From a virus, in the IMG/VR virus record IMGVR_UViG_3300032312_001008, positions 3,894 to 67,893 of that record: DNA of 64,000 nucleotides; one strand, written 5' to 3'. The notes beneath the pieces are model-generated. The model was not told where the DNA came from. It made no database searches and worked only from the letters and a program-made list of their open reading frames with translations. Every line of letters begins with the position of its first letter. The first letter of the stretch is position 1. The translations under genes and the position numbers were made by a program. This document shows positions 18,821-29,300 of the stretch, in pieces.

Positions 18821-20137
18821 ATGATTATATCTAAAGCACATTGGAATTCAGATGGCGAAAATATTCGCCTATCTATGCCTTTAACAAAGGTAGACAAAGA
18901 GCGTAGAATTGTTTCAGGTTTTGCATCTCTTGACAATGTTGATAAGCAAGATGACATTGTAACAGCAGAAGCATCAATGGATGCATTTGCAAAATTCCGT
19001 GGGAACATTAGAGAAATGCATCAGCCACTAGCAGTTGGTAAGATGGTATCTTTTAAAGCAGATAAGTACTTTGATCCAGATACAAAGAAATTTTATAATG
19101 GAGTATTTGTTTCAGCATATATTTCAAAGGGTGCACAGGACACATGGGAAAAGGTTATTGATGGAACCTTACAGGGTTTTTCAATTGGCGGAAGAATGAA
19201 TAAATGGGACGATGCCTACGATGAAAAATCAGATAAGACAATTAGAGTTATTAAGCAATACGATTTGGTTGAGTTGAGTCTTGTAGATTCCCCAGCAAAT
19301 CAATTTGCAAATATTGTTTCAGTAGAAAAAGTTGATGGAGTAGATGTTATTAAAGGAGATTCTACAGTATTAGAAAATGTTTTTTACGATAAGACAAATG
19401 GAATAGTTATAGCATCTGAAAATGAATCAGAAGTTAGCCCGATTACTGGTGAGCAGATGGAAAACATAGGATTCGTTGAAAAAACGGATAGCGAAAAAAC
19501 AAACATGATAAAATTCTTAGTTGATAGTGCTAAAGGCATTAATACTTCTAAGATTAACAAGGAGGTACAACCTATGACAGCAAACACAGAAACAGTTGCA
19601 GAAGTTATTGAAACAGAAGCACTAGTAGAAGTAGAAAAGTCAGAGGTCGCTCCAGAGGTTGATGCCGTAGTTGAGGCACCTACAGAAGAAGTTGCAAAGG
19701 CTGATGAAGCCGTAGCATCTGAAGAAGTTGCAAAGTCTGAAGAGACTCCTGCAGTTAATGTAGTTGAAGAAGTTACAGAAGTATCTAAATCAGATGAAGC
19801 AGTTGTTGACTCAGTTGCTGAAATCAAGAACACTCTAGAATCAGCCTTTAGCGATCTAGTTTCAACAGTTAAGTCTTTGCAAGCAGAAGTAGAAATGCTT
19901 AAGTCTACAAAGGTTGATGTTGAGACAGCAAAAATATCATTTGAAGCAGTTGCAAAAGATATTGCAGCAGCAACAAATACATTCAATGAATTTGGTAAGC
20001 GTGTGGAACTTGTAGAGCAAGACACTGCTTTCCGAAAGTCTGGCGATCTCGGCGAGATAGTACAGAATCAACCTGAAACGGTTGAAAAATCCCTATGGGG
20101 CGGTAGTTTCCTCAAAACAGCCGACTTATTCAATTAA
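18821..20137 (+). CDS. prohead protease fused to acidic scaffold domain
   Basis: REMHQ, GFSIGG, ELSLVDSPAN protease motifs; Glu-rich and coiled-coil C-terminal half. Confidence 0.9.
   Translation: MIISKAHWNSDGENIRLSMPLTKVDKERRIVSGFASLDNVDKQDDIVTAEASMDAFAKFRGNIREMHQPLAVGKMVSFKADKYFDPDTKKFYNGVFVSAYISKGAQDTWEKVIDGTLQGFSIGGRMNKWDDAYDEKSDKTIRVIKQYDLVELSLVDSPANQFANIVSVEKVDGVDVIKGDSTVLENVFYDKTNGIVIASENESEVSPITGEQMENIGFVEKTDSEKTNMIKFLVDSAKGINTSKINKEVQPMTANTETVAEVIETEALVEVEKSEVAPEVDAVVEAPTEEVAKADEAVASEEVAKSEETPAVNVVEEVTEVSKSDEAVVDSVAEIKNTLESAFSDLVSTVKSLQAEVEMLKSTKVDVETAKISFEAVAKDIAAATNTFNEFGKRVELVEQDTAFRKSGDLGEIVQNQPETVEKSLWGGSFLKTADLFN
19574..20137 (+). CDS. nested in-frame scaffolding protein
   Basis: AAGGAGGT at 19559-19566 before in-frame ATG 19574; TGATAAAAT at 19506-19514. 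Confidence 0.65.
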   Translation: MTANTETVAEVIETEALVEVEKSEVAPEVDAVVEAPTEEVAKADEAVASEEVAKSEETPAVNVVEEVTEVSKSDEAVVDSVAEIKNTLESAFSDLVSTVKSLQAEVEMLKSTKVDVETAKISFEAVAKDIAAATNTFNEFGKRVELVEQDTAFRKSGDLGEIVQNQPETVEKSLWGGSFLKTADLFN

Positions 20138-20173
20138 AAAACAAATAAGTAAAAAATCACAGGAGGTGACAAT

Positions 20174-21319
20174 ATGTCGGAACAAAATATAGAAAAGAAC
20201 CAGCCTGGAACAGCAGGTAATCTTGGTGGAACAGCACCAGGACTGTATCAGGGACAAGGTGCATTCGCATCTGGATCTGAAGCAGGTTCAAACGTACCAG
20301 GTAATTACACCGATGGTGGCGTGTTAGGAAATATCCCAACAGCACTATCAGGCGTTACATCTGGACCAAATGCAGTTAACCCTTCAGGTGAGGCTGGATC
20401 AGGTATCCTACGCCCAGAGCAAGCACGTCGTTTTATTGACTACGTGTGGGATGCAACCATTCTCGCCCAAGATGGCCGTCGCGTTACAATGAGAGCCAAT
20501 ACAATGGAACTCGAAAAGGTAAACGTCGGAGAGCGTGTTATTCGTGCAGCAGCGCAAGCAGTTGGCGATTACACAAACGCAGGTGCAACATTCTCAAAGG
20601 TTGAATTGACTACAAAGAAGATTCGTCTTGACTGGGAAGTATCTGCAGAAGCACTAGAAGATAACATCGAAGGTGCAGCACTAGAAGATCACATTGTACG
20701 CTTGATGACAAACGCTTTCGGTAATGATATCGAAGACCTTGCAATTAACGGAACAGGTGCAGGATCAGACGCATTCCTTTCAATCATGGAAGGTTTCGTA
20801 AACCGCGTTAAGACAGACGGAGATGCACATGAAGCAGTTGTAACAGTTGCTAATGACACTTGGTCAACAGACGCAATGCAGAAGATCATTCTTGCAATGC
20901 CACGTAAGTATCGTGCTATCAAGTCTAACTTGAAGTTCTATGCTGGTACAGATGCATTCCAAGGAATCATCAAGAACAACGGTACACTTGCAGACGCAGT
21001 AGCAGAAGCATTTGCTAATCGTCCAGCAGGTACTGCTGCAAACCGTCAAGCATACCTTGATGGCGCAGGACAGACATTCGGTGGAGCACGTACAACACGT
21101 GTTCTTGGAATTGACGTTCAGGAAGTTCCATACTACCCTGCAGGATATGTCGATTTGACATTCCCACAGAACCGTGTATGGGGATTCCAGAGAGACATCA
21201 CTGTAAACCGTGAATACAAGCCAAAGAAGGACACTGTAGAATATACAGTCTTCGTTCGCTTCGGTATTCAATGGGAAGAGCAGGATGCAATCTCATACGC
21301 AGACGCTGCAGCAGAGTAA
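20174..21319 (+). CDS. major capsid protein (HK97 fold)
   Basis: SD AGGAGGT; GILRPEQARRF, EVSAEALEDNIEG, EDLAINGT, VLGIDVQEVP; follows protease. Confidence 0.92.
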   Translation: MSEQNIEKNQPGTAGNLGGTAPGLYQGQGAFASGSEAGSNVPGNYTDGGVLGNIPTALSGVTSGPNAVNPSGEAGSGILRPEQARRFIDYVWDATILAQDGRRVTMRANTMELEKVNVGERVIRAAAQAVGDYTNAGATFSKVELTTKKIRLDWEVSAEALEDNIEGAALEDHIVRLMTNAFGNDIEDLAINGTGAGSDAFLSIMEGFVNRVKTDGDAHEAVVTVANDTWSTDAMQKIILAMPRKYRAIKSNLKFYAGTDAFQGIIKNNGTLADAVAEAFANRPAGTAANRQAYLDGAGQTFGGARTTRVLGIDVQEVPYYPAGYVDLTFPQNRVWGFQRDITVNREYKPKKDTVEYTVFVRFGIQWEEQDAISYADAAAE

Positions 21320-21337
21320 TCTGTAAACAGTACATTT

Positions 21338-21375
21338 TAGGGGGAGTAGGAGTTAGTTCTCCTGCTCCCCTTATT
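21338..21375 (+). terminator. hairpin terminator after capsid gene
   Basis: GGGGAGTAGGAG/CTCCTGCTCCCC stem followed by TTATT. Confidence 0.8.
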
Positions 21376-21383
21376 ACTTATAA

Positions 21384-21392
21384 TGATATAAT
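21384..21392 (+). promoter_or_regulatory. extended -10 promoter TGATATAAT
   Basis: After the terminator, before SD AAGGAGG. Confidence 0.7.
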
Positions 21393-21409
21393 ACTAACAA
21401 GGAGGAATT

Positions 21410-21871
21410 ATGGAAAACATTAATGAAAATCCAATTGTAGAAGAAACAACATACGAAACACCAGTATTTGAAACACCAGTTTACGAAGCACCAGTTGCAG
21501 AAGAGATTGTTATAGAATCACCAGTTGTTGAGCATGTTGCAGAAACTCCAGTTGTAGAAGAAGTTCAGCCAGTCGTTGAAGCACCTGCATATCAAGCACC
21601 TGAAGAAGTTCAGGCCCTTGGATCAGTTGCAGAGGGCGTTATTGGTGCTACTACAGCAGCAGTTGCTTCTCCAAGAAAAAAGAAGGAAAAGGCTGCAGAA
21701 GTTAAAGAAAAGGTAGCCATTTATTCAACAAAGAATGTTACATGGTCAGAGGTAGGTAAAGTTTACCGTGGCTATAACATTGTTGACAAGGATGCTGCTG
21801 AAAAGTGGCTTACTCGTTCACACATCCGCACAGCAACACCAGAAGAAGTTGCCAAGGAATTCGGTAAGTAA
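21410..21871 (+). CDS. hypothetical protein, acidic E/P/V-rich N-terminus and small folded C-terminal domain
   Basis: Strong SD; ETPV/EAPV repeats. Confidence 0.75.
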   Translation: MENINENPIVEETTYETPVFETPVYEAPVAEEIVIESPVVEHVAETPVVEEVQPVVEAPAYQAPEEVQALGSVAEGVIGATTAAVASPRKKKEKAAEVKEKVAIYSTKNVTWSEVGKVYRGYNIVDKDAAEKWLTRSHIRTATPEEVAKEFGK

Positions 21872-21874
21872 TTC

Positions 21875-22798
21875 ATGGAGATATTGAGAGTTCCGCCATA
21901 CGAAACAATTGCAGTAAACTTTGTTGTACCAACAGGGTATATCAACGTAAACATTTATGCAAGAGTTACGGATATGGCGGATCTTTCAGTACAAGATTTA
22001 GAATTTTTGGGTTCAGACACAGGAGATGATCTAGAGATTTATCTTCCTGGAAGATATGATAATAATTACAGAGTAGAATTTTTTAAAATTGTTAGCGGAA
22101 CAGAAGTTTTAATACACGAAGAGTTTTATGAACTAGTTCGACCATATGTAGACCCAAATACACTAGGAACAACTGCATCAGAGATTGCAGAATATAAGAT
22201 TTTAGAATTAGTAGCAAGATCGATGATAGACACATTTGTGCCAGAAGGATTTTATAACAAAAAGATATCGGTAGTTGGAACTGGAAACGGCTCAGATTAT
22301 TTTCCTTTATGGGAAAAAGTTTATAGAGTATTTAAGGTTTATGAAAATAACGTTTTAGTTTATGACAGATCAAACCCAGAACTAGGAGACTATCAGTATG
22401 CAATAACATCAGACAAGACTGCTATACAAAGAGTTCGTGCAGATGTTCTTGAATTAAATAGATATGAGTCAACAGCGCAAAACCTACCAGTTGCAAGCGG
22501 AGATCTTGGCTACTACGGATATGAAGGAATATCTTTTCCATCAGGATATGACTACACATTTGTTGTAGATCATGGATACCTAAATGTTCCCGAAGATGTA
22601 GAGTATGCAACAAAACTATTAATAGAAGATCTTAAGTGTGGCAAGTTAGATTATTACAAGAGATATGTAACAGCATACAATACAGATCAGTTTAGAATTC
22701 AGTTTGATAAGGCAATGCTTGGGGGGACTGGAAACTTCTTAGTAGACAAGATACTTGACAAATATGTTAAGACAATTGTCAAGCCAGGTGTGATTTAA
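21875..22798 (+). CDS. head-tail adaptor protein
   Basis: Position; GYLNVPEDVEYATKLLI and VDKILDKY adaptor-like motifs. Confidence 0.7.
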   Translation: MEILRVPPYETIAVNFVVPTGYINVNIYARVTDMADLSVQDLEFLGSDTGDDLEIYLPGRYDNNYRVEFFKIVSGTEVLIHEEFYELVRPYVDPNTLGTTASEIAEYKILELVARSMIDTFVPEGFYNKKISVVGTGNGSDYFPLWEKVYRVFKVYENNVLVYDRSNPELGDYQYAITSDKTAIQRVRADVLELNRYESTAQNLPVASGDLGYYGYEGISFPSGYDYTFVVDHGYLNVPEDVEYATKLLIEDLKCGKLDYYKRYVTAYNTDQFRIQFDKAMLGGTGNFLVDKILDKYVKTIVKPGVI

Positions 22799-23244
22799 TG
22801 ATATGCGAAGAGCCAGATTTTATATTTCCCTTGCAAGCAGATATTTACTATCCAATTGTTGAGCAGGGAACCTATGGTAATGTTAAGAAAACATGGATTA
22901 TAGATAAAACTATTGCTGTTAATTTTAATGCAGCAGGTAACGCAAACAATGAAGAAGTAAAACCAAACGTCAATATTACACAAAGAACAGCCCTTATTGG
23001 CAGGGCAAAAACAGATCTTAGGATTTCAAGTTTAGATGCGCCCCACTCAATAACAAATATTATCTTAACAAACATTCGTGACAAAAACTGTAATTACATA
23101 TACACAGAAACTTCTGGTCCAAGATCAGGAAAGTCAACTATTTTTGAAATTGCTACACAAGAACCATACGTTGGACCATTTGGTGGAATAGAGTATTACA
23201 ATTTAGTAATTCGTAGATCAGAAAACCAGGCGGTGGATGTCTGA
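22798..23244 (+). CDS. putative head closure protein
   Basis: Synteny, size, beta-rich. Confidence 0.55.
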   Translation: MICEEPDFIFPLQADIYYPIVEQGTYGNVKKTWIIDKTIAVNFNAAGNANNEEVKPNVNITQRTALIGRAKTDLRISSLDAPHSITNIILTNIRDKNCNYIYTETSGPRSGKSTIFEIATQEPYVGPFGGIEYYNLVIRRSENQAVDV

Positions 23245-23918
23245 TGCTTAGCGTAGTAATTGACAGTAGACAGTTTCAAAAAGAAATAAATAACATTATG
23301 AAATACTCTACTGGATTTGTTGATGGTATAGAAAGAGGTAAGTCTGCACTTTATATGGCATTAGCCCCAAAGATTGCAGAGTTAGCCTCACAGTTTGTAG
23401 ATATAAACGCACGAATGTCTCCAGAATTACTTCATCATATCTATGAGTGGCAAAAGGTTGGTAGCCCAGAAGCAAGACTATTTGATATTGATTACAAGAT
23501 AACCAGAATTGGAATAACTTTTACTTCATCTTTGAAGCAGTCTCAGTCAATTAAAAATGGGTCAAATGTTCCTTTTTATGATAAAGCAAGAATTATGGAA
23601 GAAGGTCTTTCAGTTACAATCAGACCAAAGAGAGCAAATGCATTGAGGTTTGAAGTTAACGGTCAAGAGGTTTTTACTTCAGGAGAAGTCACTGTTGATA
23701 ATCCTGGTGGACAAACAAGAGGTCAGTTTGAGAACGTACTCAACAACTTCTTTGGTGTATACTTTAGACAATCATTCTTAAACTCAAGCGGTCTTCTACA
23801 GTACTTTAAGACTCCAAATGTTTATAAAAAAAATCTTGCTTCAGCAAAAAGAGGCGGAAGATCACTAGGGCTTAAGACTGGATACCAATGGGTTGCTAAT
23901 GCAGGGAGGATGGCATAA
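23244..23918 (+). CDS. putative neck/tail completion protein
   Basis: Synteny; TIRPKRANALRF...VDNPGG motif seen in HK97 gp10-like proteins. Confidence 0.55.
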   Translation: MLSVVIDSRQFQKEINNIMKYSTGFVDGIERGKSALYMALAPKIAELASQFVDINARMSPELLHHIYEWQKVGSPEARLFDIDYKITRIGITFTSSLKQSQSIKNGSNVPFYDKARIMEEGLSVTIRPKRANALRFEVNGQEVFTSGEVTVDNPGGQTRGQFENVLNNFFGVYFRQSFLNSSGLLQYFKTPNVYKKNLASAKRGGRSLGLKTGYQWVANAGRMA

Positions 23919-24502
23919 TGGCAGAATCAACATCAGTATTTAATACACCAGTTTTATGGATCAATACTTATCTTCAAGAAAAGTTTGCGGAATTTATTGT
24001 AGATAATCCAGATACACCAGAAGATGAGTCTGCTGGAATAGGCGTTCCGTTTTTTCCATCAAGGCCAGCATCGATTGACGAACTTACAGAGCAGTGGGTA
24101 ATTGTAGGAAACCAAAGGCTTCAGTATTCTGGAGTCATGGCTACATGGGACAGACTTGTGCGTATGCGTAGGTCACCATTCCCACACATAAAACAAGAGC
24201 AGTTGCTGTATTATTTTTATGCAACAGAAGAAAATGTTACAGAAACAATGGTTCAAGTACAAGAGACAGTTCTTCGCCTGATGGACCGTGAAGATGAGAC
24301 TGCAGAAGAAATTAACAAATGGACAAAAGCCAAGGGGCAGATAGACGGAATGGACTGCAAGTTCTTTTTCCATAGATTTAGGGTCTATCAACTTGAAGAA
24401 GTAAGAGACATAATTGACTTTGGAACAGCCCGTACCTATGGCGGTAACAAGATAATCATAGATTTTGAATATCACCAAGACAGCGCAATCTTAAACCCAT
24501 AA
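23918..24502 (+). CDS. putative tail terminator protein
   Basis: Position immediately before the tail tube gene. Confidence 0.5.
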   Translation: MAESTSVFNTPVLWINTYLQEKFAEFIVDNPDTPEDESAGIGVPFFPSRPASIDELTEQWVIVGNQRLQYSGVMATWDRLVRMRRSPFPHIKQEQLLYYFYATEENVTETMVQVQETVLRLMDREDETAEEINKWTKAKGQIDGMDCKFFFHRFRVYQLEEVRDIIDFGTARTYGGNKIIIDFEYHQDSAILNP

Positions 24503-24508
24503 AAGGCA

Positions 24509-24517
24509 TGTTATACT
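24509..24517 (+). promoter_or_regulatory. extended -10 promoter TGTTATACT
   Basis: Intergenic, upstream of tail tube gene (SD GAGGTG). Confidence 0.65.
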
Positions 24518-24571
24518 TATCATGAGGAAACAAGCCCCTTTAATCTATAAGAAAATAAAGAGGTGAAATAA

Positions 24572-25195
24572 ATGGCATATACACGTGGTAGCAGCAACAA
24601 TATTATTGTTGGAGCAGCAGCCCTCTTCACACATGAAGCAGGCGTACTAACAGATGCAGGACTTCCAGCATACGTAGCAGGAACATCATACAAGACAACT
24701 TTGTCTAATGATGCTGATTTCCGTAACGTTGGATATACAATGAATGGTTTGGAAATTCAATTCCAGCCAGATTTCGGTGAAGTAGCAGTAGACCAGGTTC
24801 TTGACGTTGCTAAGTTGTTCAAGCAAGGCATGCAGGTAAACCTAAATACTACATTTGCAGAATCAACACTAGAGAATCTCCTATTTGCACTAGCAGGTAA
24901 GGATGCAGATCTCAACACAGTATCAGGAAACCCAACACTTAATCTTTCAGCAGGAGACATCGGCGAATGCCCAGTCGAACGTGGTTTGGTAGCAGTTGGT
25001 CCAGGTACAGGTGAGTGTGCAGCATCAGATGAACTTGAAAGAGTTTACGTAGCATACCGTGCACTTTCAATTGAAAGCGTAACAGTATCTGCAAAGAGAG
25101 ATGAAGCGACAATGTTCGAAGTATCATTCCGTCTTCTTCCAAATGATGATGCGTCATACGGTAAGATCGTAGACCGCACTATCCCAGCAGCATAA
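24572..25195 (+). CDS. major tail tube protein
   Basis: NIIVGAA, VGYTMNGL, VDQVLD, FAESTLENL, FEVSFRLLP; followed by a terminator and chaperone genes. Confidence 0.85.
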   Translation: MAYTRGSSNNIIVGAAALFTHEAGVLTDAGLPAYVAGTSYKTTLSNDADFRNVGYTMNGLEIQFQPDFGEVAVDQVLDVAKLFKQGMQVNLNTTFAESTLENLLFALAGKDADLNTVSGNPTLNLSAGDIGECPVERGLVAVGPGTGECAASDELERVYVAYRALSIESVTVSAKRDEATMFEVSFRLLPNDDASYGKIVDRTIPAA

Positions 25196-25210
25196 TACAA
25201 CTTAATATAT

Positions 25211-25247
25211 GAGAGGCTCAATCCTTCGGGGTTGGGCCTTTCTGTTT
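25211..25247 (+). terminator. intrinsic terminator with cUUCGg tetraloop
   Basis: GAGAGGCTCAATCC-TTCG-GGGTTGGGCCTTTC-TGTTT. Confidence 0.85.
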
Positions 25248-25255
25248 GGTATACT
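25247..25255 (+). promoter_or_regulatory. extended -10 promoter TGGTATACT, likely leaderless
   Basis: 6 nt upstream of ATG 25262. Confidence 0.7.
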
Positions 25256-25261
25256 TATATA

Positions 25262-25966
25262 ATGCCTACAGAAATATACAAAACCTCAATAATAGAACTC
25301 TTTGATGGCACAGAAATTTATATTACACCATTAAAGATAAAATACTTAAAGTTATTTTTAGATGAATTTGAAAATGTAAAAACATCTAAAAACGATGATG
25401 AGGCAATGTACTATCTTGCGAAATGTGCAACAATAACAATGAGACAATATTATCCTAGTATAAAGACTCAAGAGCAATTAGAAGATAATATTGATATGCC
25501 AACAATATATAAATTATTAGATTTTGCAGCAGGTATAAAAATAAATGAAAAGTCTGAAGAGCCAGTAAAGTCTCAAGCAACAGAAAGTGGATCTTCGTGG
25601 GATGAACTAGATTTGGCAGAGTTAGAGTCAGAGGTATTTTTACTGGGTATATGGAAAGATTATGATGAACTAGAATCATCTATGTCAATGCCAGAGATAG
25701 TAGCAACCCTTAAAGTAAAAAGAGATCTAGATTATTCTCAAAAGAAGTTTCTTGCTGCAATGCAAGGTGTTGATTTAGACAAAGCCAGTGGCAAAGAGAA
25801 CGCATGGGAAGAAATGAAGGCAAGAGTTTTCAGTGGAGGTCAGGCAGCAGATTCCAAAGATATTGTTGCACTTCAAGGAATTAATGCACAAAAAGCAGGG
25901 TTTGGAATCGGTATGGGCTTAACGTATGAAAAATTAGACGAATCTGCACCTTCCAGCGTGGTATAA
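25262..25966 (+). CDS. tail assembly chaperone, long (gpGT-like) form
   Basis: Between tail tube and TMP; N-terminal half is paralogous to the next gene; start moved to ATG 25262. Confidence 0.7.
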   Translation: MPTEIYKTSIIELFDGTEIYITPLKIKYLKLFLDEFENVKTSKNDDEAMYYLAKCATITMRQYYPSIKTQEQLEDNIDMPTIYKLLDFAAGIKINEKSEEPVKSQATESGSSWDELDLAELESEVFLLGIWKDYDELESSMSMPEIVATLKVKRDLDYSQKKFLAAMQGVDLDKASGKENAWEEMKARVFSGGQAADSKDIVALQGINAQKAGFGIGMGLTYEKLDESAPSSVV

Positions 25967-25967
25967 T
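25959..25967 (+). promoter_or_regulatory. extended -10 promoter TGGTATAAT overlapping a stop codon
   Basis: Precedes SD AAGGAGG of the 25996 gene. Confidence 0.7.
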
Positions 25968-25995
25968 TAATTGTTAACCTACAAGGAGGAAAACT

Positions 25996-26322
25996 ATGGC
26001 TGATAAGCCTTTAAAAAATAGAACCGTCAAACTAATAGACGGAACAGAAATTGAAGTAAGACCACTTAAGTTATCTTTGCTTAGACCATTTATGTCTAAG
26101 TTTGCATTGCTTTCAGGAGTTTCTGAGGACAACGATAAGTCTATGGATATCCTTATTGAATGTGCACAAATCGCAATGAAGCAATTCAAGCCAGAATTGG
26201 CAGAAGACAAGGCAGCACTAGAAGAACTTCTAGATCTTCCTACAGTTTACGAAATTATTGATGCAGCATCAGGTGTTCAGAACAACGACACAAGCGCAGT
26301 ACTAACTTCGTTAACAAAATAA
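25996..26322 (+). CDS. tail assembly chaperone, short (gpG-like) form
   Basis: 108 aa, strong SD, directly before TMP. Confidence 0.72.
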   Translation: MADKPLKNRTVKLIDGTEIEVRPLKLSLLRPFMSKFALLSGVSEDNDKSMDILIECAQIAMKQFKPELAEDKAALEELLDLPTVYEIIDAASGVQNNDTSAVLTSLTK

Positions 26323-26344
26323 AATAAAAAGAGGTGTTTAAGAA

Positions 26345-29300
26345 TTGGCAGATGTAAACTCTAATATAAATATTAATTTTAATACAACTGCCGCTCTCGC
26401 ACAACTTCGTCAACTACAGGCAGGCCTCAGTAAGTTTCATCAATCACTTGCTGAGGGCAACCTGGCTGCTGCAAATGCTCAAAAAGGTTTAAACGCACAA
26501 CTCATTCAATCTGTTGGAGCCACAGGGCAATTTTCTGCAAGCCAAGTTAAGGTTGCAGGTAGCACACTTGCTTTTACATCGGCATTAGAAAAAAATAAAC
26601 TATCTCTTCGTGAGTACTACAGATACACCATGGCAGCAGCAACTGCCAATACTCGTGTTCTTGGCAAGGCTTTTGCACAAGAGCGAGAAATTATTAACCG
26701 TGCTAGAAGAGATAGAGTAAAAGCCTTACAAGCACAATACATTCAGATGAACAAATCCAATGCTGGATTTATGGATGCAATTAGAATTATGCCAAAAAGT
26801 CTTCAGATGGCTAATGGTCAATTTACAGAACTTGGAACAAGAATTCAATATGCTGCTCAAAGACAGCAGTTCCTTAATCAATTATTAAAACAAGGTTCAA
26901 CCCAACTTCTAAACTTTGGTAAGAATACTCAATGGGCAGGCCGCCAGTTGATGGTTGGTCTTACAATGCCACTTGCTTTATTCGGCGCAGCAGCAGCAAA
27001 AGCATTCAGAGAACTAGATGCAGAGGTTATAAAGTTTCGTCGTGTCTATGGAGATGCATTTACAAATGATGCAGAAGTTGAAGCAGCAGTTCAAAATATA
27101 AAAAAGTTATCAAGTGAATATGTTAAATATGGAGTCTCTGTTACAAAGACTATGGAGATGGCAGCAACTGCTGCAGCAGCAGGTTTTAAAGGAAACGATC
27201 TATCGGCACAAGTTGAAACAGCAACAAAGTTGGCAGTACTTGGTCAGATAGAACAACAACAAGCACTTGAAACAACTATATCTTTGCAAAGCGCATTTGG
27301 AATTTCTAGCGATGAACTTGCAAAGAAAATTGATTTTCTTAACGCAGTAGAAAACCAGACATTACTATCTATTGAAGACTTAACAATTGCAATTCCAAAA
27401 GCAGCACCAGTTGTAAAACAACTTGGTGGAAATGTGGAAGATTTGGCTTTCTTCTTAACTGCTATGAAAGAAGGTGGAATTAATGCCTCAGAAGGTGCTA
27501 ACGCACTAAAGTCTGGTCTTGCTTCATTAATTAATCCATCTGAAAAATCAGCAAAGTTTCTTGGCAAATTAGGTATTAACATAAAGGGTCTTGTTGAAGC
27601 AAACAAGGGAGACATTAAAGGAACTGTAGTTGGATTTGCTAGAGCGCTAGATGAACTTGATCCATTAAATCGTGCAAGAGCAATTGAGCAGTTGTTTGGT
27701 AAGTTCCAGTTTGCACGTTTATCAACACTATTTCAGAATGTAACAAAAGACGGATCTCAAGCATCAAGAGCATTTAAATTAGCAGGGGCTTCAGTAGAAG
27801 AACTAGCAATCCTATCTGAAAGAGAAATGAAGAAGATAGAAGATTCAACTGGTGTTAAGTTTCAAGCAGCATTAGAAAATATTAAAAAAGAAATAATGCC
27901 ATTAGGAAAAGCATTTCTTGAGGCTTTAACTCCAGTAGTTAAGTTTTTCTCAGGACTTCTTGAAAAATTTAACGGTCTTGGAGATAATACAAAAAAAGTT
28001 ATTGCAATAATTGTTGCCGCGGTTGCAGGACTTGGGCCTGTACTACTTATGACTTTTGGTCTTCTTATGAACGGTGTTGCAAATGTTATCAAGTTATTTG
28101 CATTACTTCGTGGAGGAATTGCTAAGTTAAACGGACAAACAAGTGTTATGGGTGCAGGATTTAACTATATGACCCAAGAGCAGATTGAAAATGCTGCATC
28201 ATCTCAACAACTTCATCAGACACACACAAGATTAATAGAAGTTTTTAATGTTGAAAAAGCATCTGTAAATGCTCTTGCTTCATCATATAATTCATTAAGT
28301 ACACAGATGAGAGCAATGGCTACTGCCAATCCATCATTATTTGCAGGTGGAGCACCAGGCGCAGCCCGTGCAGTAAAAGGTTTGCCACCAGTTAAAAAGT
28401 ACAAAGAAGGTATTTTAAGCGTTCCAGGCCCAAAGGGTGCAGGAGATGTTGTTCCAGCAATGCTTTCTCCAGGAGAAGCAGTTATTCCTACAGATACAAC
28501 AAACAAATATAGAGGTCTTATAAGTGCAATGTTTAAAGACAAGGTTCCAGGATTTATGGCTGGAAGACTTCCTGGTGGACCAGGTAAAGGAATACCACTA
28601 TCTGATGGACCAGCAGCAGTTAGAAAAGCACAGCAAGCAAAGTATAGAAGACAAAACGATGCAAGACAAGGATGGAATGAACCTCACCCAGAAGCACCCA
28701 AGGGTCCAGTATTTGTTGGAATGCCAGTTAGTGCAGACAAGGCATCACAGTCTAGACAAATACTAGACAAGATATCAGAGCAGGCCAGTCTTGGAAGATT
28801 TGGAACCATGCCAGCGTCAAACTTTGGAACAAAACTTCAAGGCTTTAAGGGTTATAGTTTTCCTGAGCGTGGAATTGGCGGGGTATATAGAAAGCCTAAC
28901 GGCAAGATCGTAGTAGTAAAACCAACAATAGATGAGAAGACTGCATTAGCAGAAGTTCGCATGGCTGAAATAGAGGCTGCTAGAGGAATGGTCGTTCCAA
29001 AGCAACAAATAAGAACAATGATAGATCCGACAGATCCTACAGGACAAAGAAAATTTATTGTACTTGAGTCCCCTTATGATCCAAGATTTGCAAACATGGA
29101 TGGAAAGTTTAGAAAGACTGACATGGTTAAGCAGTTAGTTGGATCATTATTGCGTGGAGACAAAGATTTACAAAAGTCAAATGTATCTGGAAATAGAGTA
29201 CCAGATGTAAGTAATGCTGGAGTATTTGATAGAGCATCTGGTTTTAGAGACTACGCTGAAAATATGCCAAGTTTTAAAGATCAGGCAATGGTTAATCTTC

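Noticed and set aside
25996-26344. Programmed -1 frameshift in the tail chaperone
   Set aside because: No room for a downstream T frame before the TMP start and no convincing slippery heptamer
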